A stretch of 62,553 nt of DNA, filler included, from Pirum gemmata (GCA_002812295.1; 27 parts of 27 records of this genome joined end to end with filler, not necessarily neighbours in it); one strand, 5' to 3'. Shown: positions 1 to 11,258, counted from the first letter of the whole stretch. Program-made: numbers and translations. The notes: generated from the letters alone by a model not told the origin.

Positions 1-4
1 TATC

Positions 5-51
<47 letters not shown>

Positions 52-104
52 CATTATTATTATCATTATAAAATAAAAATATTGTTAATGTGTTAGATAG
101 TAAA

Positions 105-1801
105 ATGACAACTACTCGTGAAAGGGACACTGAAGCATGGCTTCGTGCAAAGCTCGAGGATCCTTGGGGTGGGGAAAATATATCTTCGTTGTTGACCTCT
201 GAAATATTAAGGTGATGATTTTCTTCTATTCTTTATTTTATTATAATTCTTTTACTCCCCCCGTTATGTCATCATTCCTATGTTCTCAGCACATGTTTTT
301 TAAAGAAATTATTTCTCTTCATGTGTGTGGCGCGGCCTTCAGGACTCTAAATAAATAATTGGAGCGTAGCCTACCATCCTGACATTGTTTCCACCGTCTT
401 TGTGGTAACTTGAACCTACTGGAAACGTAAATCTAATTTTTATTCTTTTGTTTTGTTTACAAAAGCGAGGTAGCGGATAAATTTCTTAGCTATGAAACTC
501 AGATCAAAGTAAAATTGTTGATTTCATTTTTAAGTATGAAACGTGGTGCTTTAAAAATTTTTAATGAGCACCTGGAGGCTGTGATGGATTCAGCTTCGAA
601 AGATAATGATGAATGGGTGAGGGTAACATACCATATTATTAAACCTTATATCAATAATTCAACTCTTGATACTAATTTTGAAAATTGTGGAAACACTTTA
701 GAGGACTCGTACAAAGAAATTTCAGAAGCATGTAAGTTTATATGTATTTATATATATAATATATATTATTTATAGATTCCTACACTAGTCATGAACATGC
801 TAACCCAACAAATTACCAATGTATGTTTTGAAATGTTTAAGTATGGTTTGATTGTGATTTTTTCTTTTTGTAAGTGTTCAATAACCCAGTTTATTGGGTT
901 AGGGTCAGGGTTAGGGTCAGGGTTAGGTCCTATGTTAATTCAGTGTTTATTTTAGCGAGTAACATTATTTATTTTCGAGCCTTGCACTTATGATATCATT
1001 TTATATTTATTGTTATCTCTTAATACTGCATGATTGCAGTGGCTAGTTCTATATCAAATTTCATCCCGCATCACACTTGTTATTTGAATAAATCCGTCGT
1101 GGAACAAGTTTGTCTAATCGAGTCGCAAGATGTTGAGTTGAATATAAAAACTCGACCAAAATCTGACAAATTGGTTGCTGAAATGAAAGAAATATGTAAG
1201 CTTTTTCTTTTTTTTTTTTTTTTTTGTCTTTTCTTTCGTTGGTGCTTAATATTTTTAAGTTTTTTTATTTTATTTTATTTTGTTTTAAGTTTTCGTATCA
1301 CGTCACATTTTCGAAGCAGTTAAGTCAATAATAATTTCCCAACTCTTTATTATATTTCAATTTCGTAACTACAAAAGTGTGAGGGATTAGTTATAATCCT
1401 TTTATATTTATAGATGTAAATTAGAACTCGCTTTTTTAGTTCGATTTTTACACTCTTAATTTGTTCATATATCCTACTTTATAATATTGCAATTTCGTAA
1501 CTACTAAAGTGAGAGAGATTATTTGTGTTTAAACCTAGTATATATGTATTGATGTAAATTAGAAATCTCGCATTTTTAGTTGGTACTTTTACAAAAGTGT
1601 AAGTGTAAGTGTAAGTGTAACACACTCTTAATCTGTTCATATATATATTGCATTGTCTTTTCAGGTGCTAAAGCTGAAAATGAACCATCAGGACCAAACG
1701 CTGGCGTTAACAAACCACCTACAGGTAGAAGTTTCTCTACGATGGGGAGAAGGAATAGCTTGTTTAGTGATCGCAGTGGTACCTTATTCCTTAAAACATG
1801 A
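105..1801 (+). CDS. NELFA: Negative elongation factor subunit A homolog (N-terminal part, 4 exons)
   Basis: Exons 105-211, 466-731, 1040-1195 and 1665-1801 (or a donor near 1779) join in phase via GT-AG introns: MTTTRERDTEAWLRAKLEDPWGGENISSLLTSEILSEVADKFLSYETQIKVKLLISFLSM..D.D.WV..HTCYLNKSVV..KTRPKSDKL. This matches NELF-A/WHSC2 N-terminal motifs as recalled (RESDTGLWLHNKL..W....IASLLT..VKLKLLL..DSDPWV..CQYLNK..KRKPKS). The gene may continue beyond the contig. Confidence 0.85.
1355..1650 (+). repeat. Imperfect tandem duplication (~130-160 bp) in NELFA intron 3
   Basis: CAATTTCGTAACTAC(A/T)AAAGTG..GATGTAAATTAGAA..CACTCTTAAT(T/C)TGTTCATATAT occurs at ~1357-1472 and ~1490-1645. Confidence 0.8.
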
Positions 1802-1904
1802 GATCATTTATTTATATTTTAATTGTAATCATTATTCATCTCCCATGAATTATGGTTTAGCATAGTATTTTTTAAAACTTTTGTGCTATTACTACAATAA
1901 ATAC

Positions 1905-2106
1905 TATCACTATTACTATTACTATACTATTACTATTACTATTACTATTACTATTACTATTACAATTACTATTACTATTGCTATTACTATTACCAATGCT
2001 ATTACTATTACTATTACTATTACTATAACTATTACTATTACTATTACTTTTACTATTACTATTACTATTACTATTACTATTACTATTACTATTACTATTA
2101 CTATTA
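1905..2106. repeat. (TATTAC)n microsatellite
   Basis: Hexamer array running into the linker. Confidence 0.95.
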
Positions 2107-2206
2107 NNNNNNNNNNNNNNNNNNNNNNNNNNNNNNNNNNNNNNNNNNNNTTAATTAATTAANNNNNNNNNNNNNNNNNNNNNNNNNNNNNNNNNNNNNN
2201 NNNNNN
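2107..2206. other. Artificial contig-joining linker (first of 26)
   Basis: 44 N + TTAATTAATTAA (stops in all six frames) + 44 N. The same linker starts at 4372, 6628, 8909, 11785, 14046, 16308, 18588, 20836, 23076, 25355, 27618, 29880, 33037, 35257, 37512, 39735, 41986, 44231, 46486, 48593, 50840, 53086, 55332, 57557 and 60278. Intervening pieces are mostly ~2.1-2.2 kb, consistent with size-sorted concatenation. Confidence 0.97.
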
Positions 2207-2322
2207 TATCAAAATACCTCAAACTTATATACAATATATATTCTTTAAATTATATATACACTAAAATAATTTAAAATTATAATATATTATATTATGACAA
2301 TTCGATTTCAAAAACTGTGTAG

Positions 2323-2963
2323 ACCTTTTGATTGGATGCACACAGTAAGTTGAGAGAGGTTGATTGAGACTTGAGAGGCTTGAGAATCTGGAGAGGTTAT
2401 AATATTTATTGTAATTATTATTATTATTTACTGTTGTTGCTACGGCTATTTTTGTTTTTGTTTTTGTTTTTGTTGTTCTTGTTCTTGTTCTTGTTCTTGT
2501 TCTTGTTCTTGTTCTTGTTCTTGTTCTTGTTCTTGTTCTTGTTCTTGTTCTTGTTCTTGTTCTTGTTCTTGTTCTTGNCTTGTTCTTGTTCTTGTTCTTG
2601 TTCTTGTTCTTGTTCTTGTTCTTGTTCTTGTTCTTGTTCTTGTTCTTGTTCTTGTTCTTGTTCTTGTTCTTAATCTTGTTCTTGTTCTTGTTTTTAGCAT
2701 TGGTGTTAGAGGTTTAATTAAAATGCTATTAATAAACATTGTTGTTGTTGTTAACGTTAAAGTTGTTTTATCATTATTATATATTAATATTTTATAATAA
2801 TATTAATATATGATATTAATATTAAAATCACCCTTTTTTTTATTGTTATTTGTTTTGCTGTGCATGTTTTTTTTTTTGTTGTTGTTAACGTTGTTTCTTG
2901 TTTTTAAAATTTAATTTGATTTGTGTGTAGAAATTATCGAGAAATCAATACTCCTTGCCCATG
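2323..2963 (+). CDS. Two possible micro-exons of an unknown gene
   Basis: gtgtag|2323-2344|gtaagt (PFDWMHT) and gtgtag|2931-2963|gtataa (KLSRNQYSLPM) are phase-compatible; no family recognised. Confidence 0.3.
2450..2692. repeat. (TTCTTG)n microsatellite
   Basis: Hexamer array; it explains the spurious FL/CS/RT/QE ORFs. Confidence 0.95.
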
Positions 2964-3112
2964 GTATAACCCAACGCTCACACTACATTGATTAAGATGG
3001 TAGATCAGTATTATAGGTAGTTATATGATAGTAGGATTTGTCAGTTAGTTAGGGGCTATTGTTACTATTATGCTATTTGTTCACTTTTGGGTCCTAGAGC
3101 CGTCCTAGCTAG

Positions 3113-3320
3113 TGTTAGGGTTTGGGTTATAATTATGGCTAGGGTTAGGGTTAGGGTTAGGGTTAGGGTAGGGTTAGGGTTAGGGTTAGGGCTGGGGTTG
3201 GGGTTATGGTTGGGGTTACGGTTGGGGTTATGGTTGGGTTGGGTTAAGCTTAGGGTAAGGGTTGGATTAGGGTTAACGTTAGTCTAGCTAGAATAAGGTT
3301 AGGGTTATATTAGGGTTATG
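3113..3320 (+). repeat. Interstitial telomeric (TTAGGG)n-like array
   Basis: Perfect and degenerate TTAGGG units. Other arrays at ~897-926, 5776-5852, 7745-8020, 12090-12700, 12997-13105, 22578-22633, 22778-22837, 32066-32230, 33502-33778, 35216-35256, 38135-38195, 42086-42159, 43485-43770, 54026-54052, 55432-55476, 56076-56250, 58735-58875. Confidence 0.9.
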
Positions 3321-3779
3321 GTTAATAATGGCATCTCTCTCTTAAGCTAGTCTATATTTTAAATATAAATAATAATCATAATAATGATGCATAATGAATA
3401 GGTTCGCTGTTTCTTACAGGTTCGCTGTTTATAGTACTAGTGTGACTACAGAACTGACAATATATTAATAATATGATACACTTATCCATAGATGCATATC
3501 GCTCATACAAATGTGTATGTGGACAGACGAGTATTATGATCATATGATACCAGCTACAAGGACCAGCTACATAGGAAAAAGTCATTAATAACGTCTTCAT
3601 AAACACCGCAGACCCTTTCCCATTTTTGACCCTATCAGATGGAAACTATATAAGCTTTATATTTCAATCTAAGCCATTAAAATGGTAATCTAGAAAAAGA
3701 GTATTCAAAAAAGTGATGAAGTATGATAGTAGAGTGACACTTTATGTTCTATTTTGATTCTACTTTTTGCTTTATGGTT

Positions 3780-4292
3780 TTTGGTAAATTTGGCGTATTT
3801 GGTTGGTGAAGATGATACTATCATAGAAAGGACTTTTAAAAAAAAACACGGCTATAGTCTACAATCCTAAAGATAATTCTTGGAAGTCTTTAGCTAATAT
3901 GCCTACAGCAAGTTATGCCTGTGCTGCAGCCACTTTTGCTGATGGTCAAATTCGTATTTGGTGGTTACAATGTATGATAACACGGCTATAGTCTATAATC
4001 CTAAAGATAATTCTTGGAAGTCTTTAGCTAACATACCTACAACACTTTATATGGTTGTGCTGCTGCCACTTTTGCTGAAGGTAAAGCTGACGTATTTGGT
4101 GGTGTGACATTGGTGTCACTGTGATGATGATGATAATGTTTTTTAAAAAATTAAACACAGCTGTAGTCTATAATCCTAAAGATATGTCTTGGAAGTCTTT
4201 AGCTAACATGCCTACAGGCTACAGCACGTTATTTTTGTGCTGCAGCAGCTGCTGCAGCCACTTTTGCTGATGGTAAAGTTGGTGTATTTGGA
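3780..4292 (+). pseudogene. Degenerate Kelch-repeat gene (3 recognisable blades)
   Basis: Three near-identical units at ~3846, ~3980 and ~4155 encode NTAIVYNPKDNSWKSLANMPT...C-AAATFADG...VFGG, the Kelch Y-x-P-x-x-N-x-W / GG signature, with frameshifts and stops between them. Confidence 0.8.
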
Positions 4293-4685
4293 ATATAAAA
4301 ATATAGGCTATTTCCTAGCATGCAAACAAAAAAAAAAATTAAAAAATGACGAATTATTATTATTATTATTANNNNNNNNNNNNNNNNNNNNNNNNNNNNN
4401 NNNNNNNNNNNNNNNTTAATTAATTAANNNNNNNNNNNNNNNNNNNNNNNNNNNNNNNNNNNNNNNNNNNNTAATAATAATAATAATAATAATAATAATA
4501 AGAACAATACAAATATTAAAAAAAGTAAAAATAAAAAATAAAAAAACGATAACAATTACCAACGACAAAAATAAAAACACAATGTCATCTCAAAAACGAA
4601 AAAGAAAAACAAATACTTCCCCATCACCGGTTAATTACAAGCCAAATCTCCAGCACTAAGGGTAAACTCTGTAATACTCTATATA

Positions 4686-4795
4686 GGTCAAATACAGGTT
4701 CAAATACCACTACTTACCTACCCCTCGACTTTAATTTCCGGTCAAATACCACCTACCTACCTACCCCTTGACGTGACGTATTATTTGAGCGCTCC
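4686..4795 (+). mobile_element. MITE family A-short (PIF/Harbinger-like), partial copy
   Basis: TCAAATACC..TTTCCGGTCAAATACCACCTACCTACCTACCCCTTGACGTGACGTATTATTTGA(A/G)CGCTCC; further copies at 5468-5584 (minus), 6460-6611, 18105-18222 and 18690-18762. Confidence 0.8.
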
Positions 4796-5167
4796 TGAAG
4801 GTCTAACTTGCTATAGATAGGTTCCAGGATTGGTGCCAGGAGTGCTACACTAGCTACTACTAGCTAGGCTCGGCCGCTCGGTGCTAGGCTCAGGTTCCAA
4901 CCCATTTTTACTATTTATAGTAACACAATAAAGTTTGCTACTATTTGTAGAATTTTATTTTACATATGGTAATTTTGCGGCTAACTTCTTCAACTTTTCA
5001 CCTTTTATGGTATTACAACATTGAACTTATGGAAATCTAACACAACAGTTTTTAATTTACTTTTTTAGTAATATTAGTACACCTCACACCACTCAACGAT
5101 TAATCAAAACATAACGTTTATTTTGTTGATTTCAGTTTTTGAATTGGAAAACCCATGAGAGCTATGA

Positions 5168-5398
5168 GTAGGGGTGAGATATTTACTGGAACTTTTTTCG
5201 AACAGATGCTTATCGAGCCAACCTTAGTTCCGTGTTCCTTACTAATAATAGCAGTTAAATAGCTTAAAATAGTAAATCTAATTATAGTAGATACAATTAA
5301 AGTAATAATATTAACATTAATAGTAATAAAAACCATAAAAATTGGAAAAGTTCCGGCTGCTGTTCGATAATAATAAAATGACGTCATCTCACCCCTAC
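5168..5398. mobile_element. MITE family D (TIR G(G/T)AGGGGTGAGA)
   Basis: TIRs AGTAGGGGTGAGAT / ATCTCACCCCTACT with a subterminal TGACGTCA; relatives at 43076-43327 and 45927-46135. Confidence 0.75.
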
Positions 5399-5958
5399 TA
5401 TTACTGTCTGCAGTGCTCTACAGACTTACACGCGGTAAATATCAATAACAAGGACGTAACCTAATCNAGGGGAAGGTAGGTAGGTGATATTTGACCGGAA
5501 ATTAACGTCGAGGGGTAGGTAAGTAGGGGTATTTGAAGCTGTATTTGACCGGAAATTGGCGTTACATAGAATTTGAATGCTCCCTAATTAATAATCTCTA
5601 CTGATGTAATCTAGCTAGAGTAGACATTTTATGACAAAAGTGTAAAATTGGTAGTGTAAAATTGTGCGAATATTGGCACTTTTATATATTATAATACTCC
5701 CATATTTTTTAATATAAGTCGAATCTCAAATGATTTTATCATACAATCTAAACTCTCTAGAGATGAATAAAGTTCCCTAACCTTAGCCCTAACCCTAACC
5801 CTAACCCTAACCCTAACCCTAACCTTAGCCCTAACCCTAACCCTAACCCTAAATTTTATTATCCATTTTTATTCAATTAACAATACCAATTACAAAATTA
5901 TAACCAAACCAATAAATAATTGGAGTGATAAAATAAACGAAAAGCGTAGTTAAAAAAA

Positions 5959-6147
5959 TATCGTGCTTTTCAGATGTTTTGTCATCATAGAATATACAAT
6001 AAATAGTACCAAAGTAACACTATATAAATCCATTTACTTTAATTTGGTAGATTTTAATATATATTTATTTTTTTAAAAGTGTCAATTTAAATATTATAAC
6101 CAACCAAATAAATATTCAGAGTGAGAAAATAAATGAAAAGCACAATA
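5959..6147 (-). mobile_element. MITE family B (~190 bp, TIR TATCGTGCTTTTCA)
   Basis: TIRs TATCGTGCTTTTCA / TGAAAAGCACAATA. The same internal sequence occurs in opposite orientation at 17682-17835, 28695-28862, 31708-31888, 36572-36755 and 43923-44098, with fragments at ~49170-49230 and ~52890-52950. Confidence 0.85.
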
Positions 6148-7010
6148 TCATAGATTCATAATATAAAACAACATCGCCTTTTTTTTTTTTGCTATTCTAT
6201 CATAAAAGTAGAAAAGTTTTTTACTCTCTTATAATTTTTTAATTAATTATCATAGCTTGTATTTTCGCTTGGTTGTTGTTCTGATCTTTTTGTGGGTTTT
6301 TGATAATGACAAACAGACAAATTTGTTTATAAAATAAAAACTCAAACAAATAATCTAGCAACAAAAAGTAAACAAAATTATGATTTATAATAATATAATA
6401 AAAATTATCATCGTCTATTTCATTACAGTTCGAATGTTCTCTCAATCCTATAAATTAGAGAGCTTTCAAAATTTCAAATACCACGTTTACAACACCAATT
6501 ATTTCTGGTCAAATACAGCCTCAAATACCCCCCTACTTACTTACCCCTCGACGTTAATTTCCGGTCAAATACCACCTACCTACCTACCCCTTGACGTGAC
6601 GTATTATTTGACCCTAACCCTAACCCANNNNNNNNNNNNNNNNNNNNNNNNNNNNNNNNNNNNNNNNNNNNTTAATTAATTAANNNNNNNNNNNNNNNNN
6701 NNNNNNNNNNNNNNNNNNNNNNNNNNNAAAAAAAAAAATAAAATTTCTAAAAATAAAAACAATAAAAAAAATGATATTATTATTATTATAACAAAAAAAT
6801 ATATAGTAATAATTCATAATAATAGCAAATAGTAGTAAATTATAGTAATGTGGTTATTTATATATATATAATTATATAGATTTATAAATATAAAAAAATA
6901 AAAAAAGTAAAAATAACTAATAATAAAAAAACTGCAAAAAAGGGGAAAACCAATAATTTCAAAAAGAAATAAATCAAACATTATAATTAATATCGCTAAT
7001 AATAAGCAAT

Positions 7011-8366
7011 ATGGCTATTTTACTTAACAGTTACCCAACGAATTCCAATGTAAACGGGACTTATTGGGGACCAGCCACGGACACTGGAGGATGCCAAATG
7101 CCTACAGCCACATATGCTATTGACAATGCTATTGCAGTTGGTTGGGAATCCCAACTAGGGGATTTAACAATGACCAACGACTTATGCGGCCGTAATAAAC
7201 TTATCCTTATAAACCCTATACATATATAATATAGGGTTATAGCCCTAACCCTATAATATAGCTAACCTCTATCTTAATTAATAACCCCAGCCCCAACTAA
7301 ATCTAATATAATATATATAAATATATAAATATATATTATATATATACGAAACACCTAAAGCAACACAATCTGCATTAGTTTTTAGTTCTAAAGGCGATTC
7401 CATTTACAAGCTTCTGCTACATCCATTCTAGGATGAGTAATATGATTAAAGAACTCTAATTTTTGTTTGGTTTGATTATAAGCACTAATGTTAATATATA
7501 TATTATTATAATAATATATATGTATAATATATAGATGTATTAAAGATAAACTGTGGTTACGGTGATGTGGAGGCTGTAATTGCTTCAACATGTGATGTTG
7601 GAAAAACCACGTGTGGCGTAGATATGGTATTATCAACCTGGAATACAGCAACAAATAATATGTCACCCGGTCAAGCACTTTGTAATGTTACTTTTACCGA
7701 TACTAATCCTATGTCTGCCTCCGGAATTCAGGTAGAGTGTAACACTAAGCCTAAACCGAAGCCTAAACCTAAATTATAAACCTTGTTGAACCTAACCTTG
7801 TTAACCCTAACCCTAAAGCTACCCTAGACCCTAAACCCCAACTTTGTCACAAACCTAATATTATAACGCTAGCTCTAACCGTACCCTCACCTTAACCCTA
7901 ACCCTAACCATAACCATAACCCTAACACTCCCTAACCATAATCTTAACCCAAACCTCAACTCCAACTCTTATAACCTCAACCATAACCCTTCACGTTAAC
8001 CCTGACCCTAACCCTAACTTTAATTTTTTAACCTTTTAAAATTTAAAACCATAACTAACTATAATAATTTTAACCTTGACAATATTTCAGTGTCATTATC
8101 GACCGGTACCTGGTAATGATTCTCCTTACAGTGTTTGGTATCAGAGTTTTGGCATGTACAACACTGGAGGGAAGTTGGTGTCTGGCTTAGAATATAAAGG
8201 GCAGAATGGGACAGCCAACGGCTATTCCAATTATTACGATTTTAAGTCTATTGATCAAAATATTACAGATGAAACTATTACTATTTATTATACAGATGGT
8301 AGTGTGGGTACTTACGATCAAGATGAGTGTAATGCGTATAGTGAGACTGTGAACATCTGGTCTTAA
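7011..8366 (+). CDS. Expansin-like protein (DPBB domain + expansin/CBM63-like C-terminal domain), 3 exons
   Basis: Exons 7011 (or acceptor 7031)-7191, 7535-7731 and 8091-8366 join in phase: GTYWGPATDTGGCQMP..AIAVG..LCGHVLKINCG..VEAVIASTCD..CGVDM..TW..PG..C..CHYRP..YQSFGMYNTGG..TIYYTDGS..IWS*. The TY..GGC, CG, C..C..D pattern is typical of DPBB expansin-like proteins. A signal-peptide exon may lie upstream. Confidence 0.75.
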
Positions 8367-8513
8367 TTATCCAATTATTACGATTTTAAGTCTATTGATC
8401 AAACTATTACAGATGTAACTATTACTATTTATTATACAGATGGTAGTGTGGGTACTTACGATCAAGATGAGTGTAATGCGTATAGTGAGACTGTGAACAT
8501 TTGGTCTTAATTA
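8227..8513 (+). repeat. Tandem ~143-bp duplication of the expansin-like gene 3' end
   Basis: CCAATTATTACGATTTT..TGGTCTTAATTAT repeats directly, with 3 substitutions (aat/act, gaa/gta, atc/att). Confidence 0.9.
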
Positions 8514-9008
8514 TAATAATTATAAGCTATAAGGCCCTAGGGTTGGGGTAGGGATAGAAACGGGGTAGGTATATAATATTATAGTGATTGTGGATTAAAT
8601 TTTGGGGTTTGATTTAGGGTTAAAATTAATTTTTTTAAATTAGCTGTAATAAACACTCGAACCCACATTAATTTGGATTTTCTTTTAACGTTAACCAATT
8701 AATATTGTTACTGGTACGAAAGGATATCATTTTAATTTTGTAATTCTGATAATAATTGCTAACCGTTTTTACAACAGTCATTTTTATTATATAAATTAAT
8801 TTAAACATAGTTATTAAAATGTATACGTATATATTATAATATAAGTAGTAATTATAATAAAAACAGAATCTAATATAATTATATAATATTAATACATATT
8901 ATGTATTANNNNNNNNNNNNNNNNNNNNNNNNNNNNNNNNNNNNNNNNNNNNTTAATTAATTAANNNNNNNNNNNNNNNNNNNNNNNNNNNNNNNNNNNN
9001 NNNNNNNN

Positions 9009-9040
<32 letters not shown>

Positions 9041-9110
9041 ACTATTATATTAACATTACTAATATATTAACATTTTTGTAATATTAATATTATATACATT
9101 TTATTCACAG

Positions 9111-9315
9111 CGATTGACCGAATACACAGAATTGGACAAATGAAAGATGTGCATGTAATTCGATTTATTGTTAAAGACACCGTGGAAGAAAAAATCGTTG
9201 CGATCCAAGAACGGAAAAAAATTATTGTAGAAAATGCTTTGATACTAAATTCAGAAAAACGCCGAGAAGAAAGATTTTAAAAAATGATTTGAAATCTATT
9301 TTTTCATTATGCTAA
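9111..9315 (+). CDS. Terminal exon of a RAD5/HLTF/RAD16-type SNF2 helicase (apparent frameshift near the end)
   Basis: ttcacag acceptor, then (A)IDRIHRIGQMKDVHVIRFIVKDTVEEKIVAIQERKK, i.e. SNF2 motif VI (QA.DR.HRIGQ) and the T(V/I)EE tail. In-frame TAA at 9278-9280, while the expected LKNDLKSIF end lies in another frame to 9315. Confidence 0.85.
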
Positions 9316-10501
9316 TTCCATATATGTATACAAAAGTGTATAGTGTATACAGTCCGCAAGTTATCTGTGTGTTTTTTTTATTTATGTGTTCTAATTTTTT
9401 TTAAAAAAACAATTTTTTTTTTATTTTTCATCTACATATGATTAATTGAGCAAGTATCTAAAAAATTTATAAAGGATCTGTGAAATATTGAAATGTTAGA
9501 TATCTAGAAAAACTCTATCAAAAACAAGTCAAAAAAAAAATTTAAAATCTATTTTTGTGTAGCATAAAATACTTAATCATATATAAGTTCACATACGAAA
9601 GTGTATTTATTACTTATTTATTGATAATTTGTGAATAAGTACACATTTTTTCTTTTTTTACTCTAAAAATACTTTAATATGAAAAGACAAAGGAACGTTC
9701 AAAACTATGTGTTACCGTGATTAAATGTGTGTTTGTCCATACCTTATAGAAATACGTAATTCGTTTGCTTTTTTTAAATGTCTAAAACCAGTCATACACC
9801 ACTCTGCAGACTCGGTGACTTGATCTACCATTACAATACCATTCATATTTTTTCTCATTCATTCCTCTCTTGTGTTTTAGAAGATTTTAAATTAAAGCAG
9901 CTAGGTTTTAATAACGATAAAAGGTTCTAAAAAAGAAGTTGTATTAAAGTTACTTTGCAATCTACGTAAATAAATGGACGCGATTAAATTTATAAAATTC
10001 CTAATAAATAATTTTGTTTTTCATTTTGACATAGCGATGTCAATATTATTGAGCACTACATACCAAATGTAGATGTTATTAATTTGATATTAAATTCCAT
10101 CAAAATATAAATAACAATCGTTCCATAAAAAAATTGATTTAAATATAAATGAACATGGAACATTAATTAAATAATATTTAATATAACTTTAACTACAATT
10201 AAAAGTCCATCACATTGTAATTGCACATTCAAATTTTGCAGACAAACCCGACAATAACAAGTATCTAAATTAAGTTCCGAACAATTCAATCCATAACAAT
10301 TATCGCATTCTTTGAATAATAACTAAAGGACGCACGGATTTTATAAAAGAAAGAGAAAACCCAAACCATATGAAAATCCAAACTATTCATGATGACTATA
10401 TAAAATAATTTAGAAAATTCGACTAATGATTGGATCTAATTTTGAATAACAAACGTATCATATTTGAAAGTCTCAAACAAACTTCCAACAGTAAATGATA
10501 A

Positions 10502-11062
10502 TCAATAACTATATAAAGTACACTTAGAAAATTTATCATATTTATCGTATTTATCGTATTTATCGTATTTATCGTATTTATCGTATTTATCGTATTTATC
10601 GTATTTATCGTATTTATCGTCATATTTATCGTATTTATCGTCATATTTATCGTCATATTTATCGTCATATTTATCGTCATATTTATCGTCATATTTAATA
10701 AAAGACCCAACCGAAATGACAGATTCAATACCTTTTATTGCTTTAATTTTTCTTTTAACAACAGTTGAGTTAAGATTTCCTTCAACTTGTTTATTAAATT
10801 TTTTAAATTGTTGAGCAAGTTCAATAAATTGAGTTTCCTGACATTCTAATCGATTTTCTAACGCAATAATTTTGGAACTTTTTTCTTTATCACATGATTC
10901 ATAAACACTTCTTACAATTGCAGCAATTTCTTCAGGTCTTTGCTTTTTATCTTCCTCATAAACACTTCTTACAATTGCAGCAATTTCTTCAGGTCTTTGC
11001 TTTTTATCTTCCTCGATTATATTGTTGATTTTTTCAATAATATATTCTGCATCCATTTTCAT
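10502..11062 (-). CDS. Hypothetical coiled-coil protein with an internal 19-aa duplication and KYDD/KYD repeat tail
   Basis: 186-aa uninterrupted ORF; EEDKKQRPEEIAAIVRSVY twice (57 bp, in frame); (KYDD)n(KYD)n tract; no family recognised. Confidence 0.55.
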   Translation of the reverse strand: MKMDAEYIIEKINNIIEEDKKQRPEEIAAIVRSVYEEDKKQRPEEIAAIVRSVYESCDKEKSSKIIALENRLECQETQFIELAQQFKKFNKQVEGNLNSTVVKRKIKAIKGIESVISVGSFIKYDDKYDDKYDDKYDDKYDDKYDKYDDKYDKYDKYDKYDKYDKYDKYDKYDKYDKFSKCTLYSY

Positions 11063-11150
11063 AAATTTCAGTTTTCTATTAAAAAATTATAAATTTCAGT
11101 TTTCTATTAAAAAAAATTATAAATTTCAGTTTTCTATTAAAAAATTATAA
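11061..11150 (-). repeat. Three tandem ~30-bp repeats immediately upstream of the 10502-11062 ORF
   Basis: Minus strand (TTTATAATTTTTTAATAGAAAACTGAAA) x3, then TTT and the ATG. Confidence 0.85.
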
Positions 11151-11225
11151 ANNNNNNNNNNNNNNNNNNNNNNNNNNNNNNNNNNNNNNNNNNNNNTTAA
11201 TGATAACAATTATAATAATAACAGC

Positions 11226-11258
<33 letters not shown>

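Noticed and set aside
6380..6679. ORFs sharing PLPTYPS.LISGQIPPTYLPLDVTYYL (also 18094-18348) as a gene family
   Set aside because: The shared peptide is a chance translation of MITE family A.
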